Part shown: in pieces, positions 11,956 through 21,910 of the stretch
Layout of the letters: each line of letters opens with the position of its first letter
How positions within the stretch are numbered: position 1 is the stretch's first letter
Source: Camelus ferus
Lineage: Eukaryota
Assembly (NCBI RefSeq): GCF_009834535.1
Contig: NC_045696.1
Span: 117,306,001-117,370,000, forward strand
Length of the DNA stretch: 64,000 bases
Direction: 5' to 3'
The notes under the pieces: generated by a model
What the model saw: only the letters and a program-made list of their open reading frames with translations
What the model was told of the DNA's origin: nothing
Database searches by the model: none
Made by a program: the position numbers and the translations under genes

Positions 11956-13297
11956 TAAAGTAAAAGGTGCTATTATATTAAAACATCGGGGTTAATTAAC
12001 GTGCTTTTAGAAGTTTCACAACCCAGCCGCCCCTGGAGGTGGCTTCTCTTGCCCCCGCAGTGCTCAAGCCGACTTCAGAGACCCTCAGGGAAGAGTGGGA
12101 GCATTCTGCAGGAAGGTAGACCGATCCACCCAGTGCGTTTTTACAATTATCATAACATTTGTAGGATAGAGCATCCGATAGAATGGCTTTTCATAATCAA
12201 GTGATGATAATTGTGATTTAAGCTTTATTCACCTGCATTTGAGCCTGACAAATTCCCATGGATACCCACACTGGTGTTGAGGCCAGATGTCACTTACCTA
12301 ATAACTTTGAAGGAACCATTGTGTCTCTTCATATAAATCTTACTAAGTTCGTGGATCACGGATCTGCTTTAGGTGATGTGTGGCATGATCAGTTCATCCT
12401 GGACACACACAGTGAACCCATCCGCCCTACTTCCTTCTGAGAGTTTATTTATAAAGTGACTTGTGAGCACACACGCACCAATTTCAAACCAAGGTGGCCT
12501 GATCATTTTGACTTTTTTTTTTTCCCCTGTCAAGATGCCAAAAACGTTTAGGGCACTTTACCAATGTCCCAGGTGCCAAATTTCTCTTTTAACATCCAAG
12601 CTGTGGGAAGCCAGAGACAAAGCACAAAGCCCTCCCAGCCAGTCAACTCCTATTGTTCTGTTTTACACTGCTTTAAAAAAATAAATAAATGAACGGCAAA
12701 ACAGATTGTTTTTGAAACTGATAACACAATTTGTTCTCCTGCTTCATATGTTAGGTTTCCGCCTGCAGCAAATATTTACAGCAGAGTTTTAACCCTCTCA
12801 AAATCAGCCTGGTGCTGGGTGGGCTGCCATGGTCTTTCAAACCGAACCCTGGACAATGCGGCTTCTTTTAAGAAAGTAGAAGCAGTGACCTCAGACACTG
12901 TGCTGGGTGCCTGGTCAGTGTTTTGGTAGGAGACGTGCAGATAGAAGACGGAGTCCAAAACTTGTTGTTGTCAATTATTTAGCATTCCCATAAACCATTA
13001 GAGGGTCAAAAATATCTTTAATTGATTCCATCACTACCTATGCTTCTTATTATTTATTACTATAACAAACTTCTCCATGGGAACAGCTAATTGTACCTCC
13101 CTGGTGGCCACTTGGAGTTGAATAAGCCGTGCACAGTGCAGCCTAAGATACGCTGAAAGGTCTTCAGCTTTGGGGATTTGATTAAAACTGTATTACATGA
13201 ACACATCAGCAACCATTGCCAAAACAAAACACTAATTTAAAAAATCCTCCTGCTTTACTGCTTAACACAATTGAAAGGAGCTTTGTGTACATGTGTC

Positions 13298-13338
13298 TGT
13301 GTGTGAGTGAGTGAGAGAGAGAGAGAGAGAGAGAGAGA
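13298..13338. repeat. (TG)/(GA)n microsatellite
   Basis: Direct reading of the sequence. Confidence 0.9.
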
Positions 13339-13541
13339 AACGTTGGGGGTGAATGGCAAGAGGAGCAGGTTTCATATGCTGCCTCCTTCGCAGCTAACCA
13401 CGTTTCATGGAAATCATGGGGCCTTTGGTGGCATTCTGTAGCACGGCAAAAGGGCAATCCTGCCAGCTGCATTGTGGGGACAAGCAAAATCTCTGACCTG
13501 GGGATAGGACTGCAAACTCCGGTACCAGAAAATGAATTGCA

Positions 13542-13699
13542 AGGCGGGTAGAGCTCAGTGTTAGAGCTTGTGTGTAACGTGCACGAGGTCCTGGGTTCAA
13601 TCCCCAGTAACTTCATTAAATATAAATAAATAAATTAACCTAATTACCCACCCCTCAATTTTTTTTAAAAAGAAATAGAAAAAAAAAAAAAAAAAAGAA
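13542..13699 (+). mobile_element. Camelid-type tRNA-derived SINE with 15-bp target-site duplication
   Basis: agctcagtg...gggttcaatccccag and a poly-A tail; TSD agaaaatgaattgca at 13527-13541 and 13700-13714. Confidence 0.9.
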
Positions 13700-14219
13700 A
13701 GAAAATGAATTGCACAAGAAGCAAATACCTCCCCTCAACACACAGAGCCCCATGCTCCCGTGCGCGTGTGCGCAGGCACACAACACACCTTTCAGAGAAG
13801 CATAATTGTTAATCTGCTCTTTAGGAGAAAAGACAGATGTTATGGAAATAGTCAGCCACACTCTGCTCAGAGTGTTCCGTGGAAAGAGAGTCTATAGGCA
13901 GCACCCTCTACACGGGGAAGATTTAGACAATTAAGCAACCGTTGTGAGGCATGCAGATGAATAACACATGCTAAATTAAATCAATACCCAACACGGTGGT
14001 GGAAATAGGTTAATTGTTTATTTTAAACTTCATGGGAAACAGAACAAAAAGGAAGCAACAGTAGAAATTTGTCAACTACTCGAAGCGGTAGACTGGCCTA
14101 GATTTAGCACAGCCCAGAGAACAGAGTACCCCCTGAAGTTATATCAATGGGCCTTTGGAAAGCATTGTTTCTCCACTTAAGGGGCAATTCCAGGTTCATT
14201 TTAAAGAAGGTGGTGGGTG

Positions 14220-14334
14220 GGGGAGGGTACAGCTCAGTGGTAGAGCGCTTGCTTAGCATGTGCAAGGTCCTGGGTTCAATCCCCAGTACCTCCCTTCAAT
14301 AAACAAACCTAATTACCTCCCACTGCAAAAAAAA

Positions 14335-14366
<32 letters not shown>

Positions 14367-14441
14367 CACACACACACACATACATACATATATATACATA
14401 TATATATACATAATATATATATATATATATTAAAGAAAAAA
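14220..14441 (+). mobile_element. Camelid-type tRNA-derived SINE with 18-bp TSD and compound microsatellite tail
   Basis: ggggagggtacagctcagtggtagagcg...gggttcaatccccagtacctcc; TSD taaagaaggtggtgggtg at 14202-14219 and 14442-14459. Confidence 0.92.
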
Positions 14442-14959
14442 TAAAGAAGGTGGTGGGTGAGTGTCGGATTGGTAAAAACAGACACATTGAAATATTGCCC
14501 GGTGACTGTGGGCACCCAGGCTGAGCCTATGCCCTCATGTGGAACTTGTGTCTCAATTTGCCACGCTTATCCGTGGAGACAGAGAATAAAGCAGAAGGCC
14601 TTTGTGCTTCCGTGTCTGAGTTGGTTGATAAGCCAAGAATCTCTGCAGCATCATGGGAGTGAATGAAAAGCATCAGTTGTCAAGAGAGATCTTTACCGTC
14701 ATTCCAAAGAGTTCTGAATTTTAAGTTTTGTGATGTACTAAAGGGCCCGCAGCTGCTGAGTGTCTGTCATGTAATGTTTACGTGTAGAGAATAATCAAAT
14801 TCTGATGTTAAAACAACAGGGTGCTCACTTGGATGTTTGTATGTATCTAGTCAATAACCCCAAATGCTAATTTTTGCATTTGGGAAAAACAGGAAGGAAG
14901 ACTTCCAACAGGAGTGTCTGAAGACCATGACCCTGCCAGATACTTGTGCATACAGTATT

Positions 14960-15125
14960 GTGCTTAATACCCCCGACAGGTATGTGAGAGAGGAATTACT
15001 GGTCCCACTTCACAAGTGAGGACATGGAGGCTCCAAAAGGTTGAATGACTTGTCCAAGAGGGCACTCTGACTGGTGATGCAGCTATGTCTGGCTAACTCC
15101 AGACTCCAGGATCTTTCCATTACCA
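14960..15125 (-). mobile_element. MIR SINE
   Basis: cccacttcacaagtgaggacatggaggctc..tgacttgtccaag. Confidence 0.7.
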
Positions 15126-15282
15126 TAGCAACCTGCTGCAGTCAGTCTCCGAAGGCATCTGACGTTGCAGCTCTGAGCCTGTCTTCAGATCATCCATACT
15201 CCGTGACCTTGTGTTAGCTATAGCAAGAGAGTCTTCTCTAAAGTAGCCCCACAGTAAGTGAATATGGGTACCATATACTCAC

Positions 15283-15448
15283 CTCATCGTTTTAGTACCA
15301 GGTTAATTTGGCCAAATTGAAATATTGATATTGGACTCTTTAAGAACTTGTGTATTAATTTTTATTTCTTTCTATGTATTTTTAGATTTATATCCCTCCT
15401 ACTCATTTTTTTATTAGAATTGCATTTTTATGGTATATACTCCATTAT
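15283..15448 (-). pseudogene. Possible heavily decayed internal exon
   Basis: ataacag| acceptor and consensus AG|GTGAGT donor, positioned between the Cys-rich and death-like exons. Multiple stops and no recognisable motif. Confidence 0.25.
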
Positions 15449-16267
15449 CTGTTATAATAATTGGTTCATTGAAAAAAAATCAGGTAATGTAGGAAATTCT
15501 AAATAAGAGATGTACACCTTAATCATTCCGTTTTACCTTAAATGTATAAATATACATTTGTTCACCAATATTTGAATGTAGGATAAATATCTTTTTCTGA
15601 ATACATGGTCACACTCTTAATCCACCACAGGCTGCAATTTCAAGTGCTGGCTTCCTTAAAACAAAGGAAGAGCTAGACATCTTCAAAGCAATCAGAATGT
15701 GGAATCCTTCTAGAAAATTAATTTCCCATCCCCACCCCCCATCTTTTCCACTTGCCTCTCTCATGCCTAATTCCACATCATTATTTTCAGCAACTCCACA
15801 TACTGAATCATTCTAAGGCATACAACTTTGTTCTCATAGACATGATTCTATTTCTTTTTGCATTAATAGTTCAGAGTTTATAGAATTTTTCATTAAAGTG
15901 TGTATTGTAATAATAGCTCTAACACAGCTGGCCTGAACTAGCGTGGGATCAAATATAACGACCTCCTGGTAAACATGCTACTCCGTTGGTGGGAACAGAA
16001 ACTCACAGGCTCATAAGAAAGGATCTCACTCAGCCTTTCTCCCAGACTGAGTGCAGCCCACTGGTTAAGAGGTAGTCAGTATCAATTAGAAAATAACCAT
16101 AGATAAAATAGGACTATCTGGACTCAAGATATAAGTGTTTGGGGGCATCTGAGATGACCTGCTAATTAGAGTTGGGCTCTGAGTGCCCTGGTGGTAAAGT
16201 GGAAAAGGGAAACTTGCTGTGTTCCTGTTGGAGTTTCCCTCCATCGACCAATGATGAGAAAACCTAC

Positions 16268-16623
16268 CCACAGTCTCAGTCCCACCCTGGCTTTAGGCCA
16301 ATGAGAACTGAAGTTGAAGATGCCTTATGTATGTCCTCACCACCAGCAGAGAGAGTGGAGAGAGGGCCTTGTGGAGTCAGGGTGAGAGCATTTTTCAGAT
16401 ACCTCATTAGTGGCATAAATCATGGCAGTAGTTTGTGGTTTGCATGTTCAGTCCCTACACACCAGGTTATCTTTCTGGGTATCATTTATCATACGTCTCC
16501 TCTGTTGTTGATGAAGTAGCAGATGAGGGTGGGGACATGGAAGAGCACCTTCACCCTGCAGTGTCCTGGCTAGTTTCTGTGTTACCCCTTCTCCATCAGT
16601 GGTTCTCCTGGGATAACATTCAA
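16268..16623 (-). pseudogene. Exon with decayed TNFR-type cysteine-rich repeats
   Basis: Acceptor ttgttttgtgtcatgctctag| and donor G|GTAGGT. Pieces across frames read ECYP/GEPLMEK/NTETSQDT/LPCPHP/CYFINN/TQKDNLVCRD*TCKP/NYC/EKC/LHSLC/KPGWD*DC. Several frameshifts are needed. Confidence 0.4.
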
Positions 16624-17639
16624 CTAGAGCATGACACAAAACAAGTATGGAATATACATTTTTGTCTATAAAGATAAACTTTCCTTAGAACTCAGGAAAG
16701 CATGCATCACATGGACCCCTGAAAAATAGATATTTTATGTCACAGTAGACAATATACTCAACCTGGATTCGGGTCCACAAAATCAGAAAGAGTACAGAAG
16801 TGAATGGCATTTCTGTCCTTCAAAAAAGACTAAGAATTCCATTAATCATTTTAAGGCTACAAAATTTTACACACAGGGAATATAAGTTTGGATTATTTCA
16901 GTTCTTCCCCGGTTTCATTCTCTCACAGTTTACAGATAGTCCTTCATTCATTTAAAAGTGAAGATACACATTTTGGAATTGTAGACGTTTAGAACTGGAA
17001 AGGAGTTCAAAGTTCATCTCATCCAATCTTGTTAGTGACCAACAGGAGGTGGCAGGAAACCTACAATACAAAGAGGGTGAGTGAGCCAGGATGAGGACAA
17101 GGAAAGCTTCCAAGACCTACAAGGCCCCTGCCCAACATACCATGTTCATGGAGGCCCTGAAGATTAAATTAATAAAGGATTAGAATGGGAAACAGACTCC
17201 TAATGAGTATTAGGAGAAATGTTTGACAAGCAGATCTTGTTTTTGTTAGCTCTTTGCAAGAGTGCCTGACACGTGTTAAGTGTTGTGTAAGAATTAGCTA
17301 TTACTGTTACCTAGCATCCTCTGTAACTGCCTGTTTGGAGACTGCGTGATCCCATGGGCAGGGATGTCACAGAGGAGATTTAAGCCTCAGGGGAATATTT
17401 GAAATCAATCCCATCCCAAGCAAGATGTTCTGTGACGATATTATCCTAGAGTGGCAGAGATATTTTTTCTGTCATGCATCTTACTTTTAGAACGAGGTCA
17501 AAATATTCTTTCAGAGACCCTGCTCTTTCCATTTCTGTATATATATATATATGTGTGTGTATGTATATAACATATATAAAATATAGAATTTCTACATTAT
17601 AAATAGGAAGGATGCTTTTAGATGTTTTCTTCCTTTGTA

Positions 17640-18400
17640 TTCAATTTCCATTTTCTCCCCTCAAAACCTGCCTCCCATCACCCAGGGTTCCCTTCAGTCA
17701 ATGACAACAATAATCATCCAATTTTACAAGCTGGGAACTTGGACGATATTCTGGACTGCTAATTTCACCTTCATGCCGTTTTCAATCCCCAGCATGTCTT
17801 ACTGATTCTACTCCAATATCTACCTGCATCTTTCCTCTCCTGTCCATGTCTGTTGCCACCACCCTGACAACCAGCCCCCATCTTCTTTTGCCCAATCATC
17901 TTCCAACCAAGCAAAAGTTTCCCAGTTTTCATTCTTGCCCCTCCTCCAACCTATTCTATCCCAGCAGCCAACATTTCAGTCTTGAAAACCAAATCTGATC
18001 ATGTCTCTTTTCTGCTTAAGAAAAACTCTTAGCACTTTCTTGACCCAAGGTCTCATGCTCTGCTATTTTACTGAACTGATTTTCACACTCCTCACATGGC
18101 AAATTTCTCCTCATGTTCCAGATTTCAGACTAAATGGCACCCCAAAGGCCCCTTCACTAGCCATCGTCTCTAAAATAGGTCCCCCCATTTTAATGATTAT
18201 TATTGTCTTTCTCATATTTGTGTCTTCCATAGTGTTTATCATAGTCTGTCATTATTTTGTTTGTTTTTAATATATTTTACAAGAAAATACAAGGCACATG
18301 AGAGAGGGATTATATTTGTCTCACTTATCATTGCATCCTCATAGCACATAATGGGCTCTCCATGAAAATTTACTGACTAACCAAATAAATAAATGAATGA
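17640..18400 (+). mobile_element. L2 3' fragment
   Basis: aaatctgatcatgtc motif and a 3' end taaataaatgaatgaa. Confidence 0.6.
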
Positions 18401-19196
18401 AGTGGGTCAGTTGTCGTAAGCACTTGGGGCTACTTTTAAATGTTACCAATAAAAAGAAACGGCAACTGAGAAACATATCATGTGTAATAAACACTGAGGG
18501 GTTCAGCTTTTTTGTGTGAAGGACAGTGACTTACTGATTTCTGGTTTCCAGTACTAAGCATAGTGCCTGAAACAGCACACAGGCTTCAGAAGCACCTGCT
18601 CCATCAATGAATGGAGGAACAAATGATGGGAGTTTAAAGCTGAAAGAGAAACGGCGTAAACCTCGCTGTGAGGATGAACAGCTATGTGCAAACACACGGA
18701 GGTTGTTTTGCAATTAACAGTATTGGTGAGGATGTCATTATGCAGCCAGCGATTAAGAGTTCTTTTATTAGAATTCATTGTTTAATACACAGAGAGCAGG
18801 AGTCAGGCTTCCGTTCACCATTCTGCAACCTAGTTATGCCAGTGTCTTCTTTCACGATTGTGAGCCACTCACTCGACGGCTTGGAATCTCAATCTGTCCT
18901 CTCTTTTAAGTTTGCTCACTAACCCCACAACCTGATTAGTCATGAAGCTAATACTACTAATAGCATGAATGCTACTACTATTATTGTAACCAAGAGTGAT
19001 AGTAGCGAATTAATACTGAAAAAGTGCAACATGGAAATGGTTTTCTGACATCGTTACATTTAACTGTTTTTACAGTTGTGGAAATAAGATCGCAGACTCA
19101 GAAACATAGCTTTTCTGTTTACACGGACTCTTAATCCAGGAAGAAATGAGGACGTCTGACCATCACCTAAAGGCAGAGGGCTATCACACCTCAGTT

Positions 19197-19424
19197 CTTT
19201 TTGTTGTTGTTTGTATATATATATATATGAATAGTCAGTTTACAATGTGTCAATTTCTGGTGTACAGCATAGTGCTTCAGTCATACATGAACATACATAT
19301 ATTCATTTTCATATTCTTTTTCACCATAAGTTACTACAAGATATTGAATATGGTTCCTGTGCTGTACAGTATGAACTTGTTGTTTATCTATTTTATATAA
19401 ATTAGCTAGTACCTGAAAATCTCG
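19197..19424 (-). mobile_element. 5'-truncated L1 (3' UTR end)
   Basis: Poly-T followed by agtcagtttacaatg..tctggtgtacagcatag; same family as the copies at 21203, 25195, 26780 and 29670. Confidence 0.8.
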
Positions 19425-20619
19425 ACGAATTAAGCTTTAGGGGATCTCTTTTATTATGAGCAGACTCCCAAATCTCCAACCCACAACTATTGCAGAATTT
19501 ATTTAAGAAACCACTGAAAAAGGAGGCTGGTGACAAACATTTGAAAAGCAATTCTTGTGTGTCTGGAACCATGGCACACCTCCATAAAGTAAAAAATGCA
19601 TCTGGAAGGAAATTCACGTTTACATTTGAGAAAAAAGGGACTCACAGTTTTCATTTGGAAAAACAGAAGAGAATTAGTTTCAGCTTCCTGCCATTTTCAA
19701 TCCATCAGCCAGCCCTGCTGATTCTACCTCCAACATCTGTCTGGCAAATTCCAGCTTCTCTCCAGTGCCATCACCCTATTGGAAGAAGTAAAACATTATG
19801 AGCATCTTTTATTAGTCGAGTTTTTAATTTTTTGAATGCATGACATAGCTTTCCGTCTATTGTTTATTTTCCGTCATCATGTGACAATGAAGGAGGTTAC
19901 GTGACAAGCCCATTTTCAGAGGAGGGAGACAGAAGTTAAGGGATTTTAAATGAAATGCCAAACATATGACAACTGACAAGTATCAGATCTGGCAGTCTGA
20001 CAATGGGCTACAACAGCTCCTTAAATTAGGTAATACTTTTTTTTGGAATCTCTGTTCCATACCCTAGCAGTATAACCCTGGACACACTTTTTAACCAATC
20101 TGAGAGTTCAGATTTTTTTTCATTGGAAGACAGTAGCTGTATCTCCCTCAGGATTATTATGAAGATTAAAAGTCATAATTCCTGTAAACACTACCATAGA
20201 GCCTCAGTGACACGCCATCAAATGTCGGCTGTTATTATAACAGGAATTTGTACCATAGCCTGTCTGATTCAAGGGCCCAGGCTCTTAGCCACAAAGAGTT
20301 TGCAATGTAGAAATGATTGCTCAGGAAATCCAGCAATTTCGTCCCCAGCTACTATGCATTAAAGAAGAAACGGGGCCACAGTTTTTATTCAGGCGAACAA
20401 AAGGTTGCTAATTTCACCCTCCTGCTGTTTTCAGTCCACCAATGAGCCCTGCTGATTCTACCTTCAGGATCTACCTTGCATCTTCCAACTCCTCTCCATT
20501 TTCTTCAGGTAATTTGATCTGATCTCACCTGTCTCAGAAAACCCGTCAATGACTCCATATTGCCTCTAGAATAACATCTAAACACAATCTAGCAAGGCCT
20601 GGAGAGTCTTCGTGATTGA

Positions 20620-20850
20620 AGGACAGTACAGAGTCTAAACTCCAGAGCTAGACTGTGTAGGTTTGAATCCTAGCTCTGAGAGTTACCTGCTGTGTGACCT
20701 TGGACAAATTACTTAACCTCCCTCTGCCTTACATTCCTCATTTGTAATACAGGAATGATAGTAGCAAAGGGCCCCTAAGGTTGCTGTAAGGATTAAATAA
20801 GCCAATTCCTATAGAACATTTAGGATAATGTCTGGCACATTGTAAACACT
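20620..20850 (+). mobile_element. MIR SINE
   Basis: gtttgaatcctagctctg..tgtgaccttggacaaattacttaacctc. Confidence 0.8.
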
Positions 20851-21202
20851 CTGTTTTATATTGTATTATGATTTGTGATGGCCTAGTGAGGTGCATTAGC
20901 AGAGTGCTACTGGATATTGGGTTGCCTTGATCAGGAATTCACAGAGATAAAGCTACTTTTATTTGAATGGTTCTGGGATTTTTCATAAAATAAGTAGAAA
21001 AGGAGATAAAATGAATGAGCTCTGGACAAATATGGTAGAAAGAGAAAAGCCATCAGTAGAGGTAAGAGGGCACACTGGAATCCAACAGAGTCAACTCCAA
21101 GTGTGCAAAACATGGAGTGATGTCATTGTGATGTCAAAGAAACCAGTTGTGCAACCTGCATATTTCCGGTGTTGTCTGCAGTTTCTTTATTTTCTCTTCC
21201 CA

Positions 21203-21910
21203 TTTTTTTTACATTGAAGTATAATCAGTTTACAATGTTGTGTCAATTTGTGGTATACAGCATAATGCTTCAGTCATACATACACATATCTATATTCATT
21301 TACATACATTTTTCATCATAGGTTATTATAAGATATTGAATTTAGTTTCCTGTGCTATACAGTATAAACTTGTCTATCTATTTTATATATACTAGTTAGT
21401 ATCTATAAATCCTGAACTCCCAATTTATCCCTTCCCACTCTTTCCCCCTTTGGTAACCATAAGTTTGTTTTCTAGTGTCTGAGTCTGTTTCTGTTTTGTA
21501 AATAAGCTCATTTGTGTCTTTTTTTTAGATTCCACATACAAGAGATATCATATGGTATTTTTCTTTCTCTTTCTGGCTTACTTCACTTAGAATGACAATC
21601 TCCATGCCCATCCATGTTGCTGTGAATGGTGTTATATTATTATTTTTTATAGCTGAATAGTATTCCATTGTATATATGTACCACTTCTTTATCCAGTCAT
21701 CTGTCGATGGACATTTAGGTTGTTTCCATGTCTTGGCTCCTGTAAATAGTAGTTGTGCCCCTTTGGACATCTCTTTCATTCTTTCCTTCCTTCTGTAAAT
21801 ATTTTAAATTTTTTCTCCTGTCCATTTGGGAATCTTGAACTCCCAATTATCCCTCCCACCCCTTTCCCCACTAGTAACCATAAGTTTGTTTTCTATGTCC
21901 ATGAGTCTCT
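21203..21910 (-). mobile_element. L1 3' end including the ORF2 C-terminus, plus a second 3'UTR piece
   Basis: ORF 21525..21779 translates as TWKQPKCPSTDDWIKK..MEYYSAIK..ILSEVSQKEKEKYHMISL (L1 ORF2p end). Sequence at about 21832-21910 repeats about 21411-21490. Confidence 0.9.

Larger units (their letters stand above)
7249..16623 (-). pseudogene. Putative multi-exon unprocessed pseudogene: TNFR-like Cys-rich region + death-domain-like region + TGF-beta prodomain + TGF-beta mature domain
   Basis: Five or six minus-strand segments bounded by AG/GT sites: 16623-16268, possibly 15448-15283, 11636-11108, 9636-9183/9185, 8338-8178 and 7795-~7249. Their translations carry family motifs in a sensible order, disrupted by stops and frameshifts. 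Splice phases match across 11108>9636 and 8178>7795. No start or signal-peptide exon was identified. Confidence 0.6.

Noticed and set aside
14220..14295. tRNA-like sequences here and at about 1670, 13545 and 24405
   Set aside because: They have A-rich tails and, in two cases, clear TSDs, so they are SINEs rather than tRNA genes.
19402..19617. Candidate first or signal-peptide exon of the fossil gene
   Set aside because: No convincing signal peptide or donor site, and it runs into an L1 fragment.
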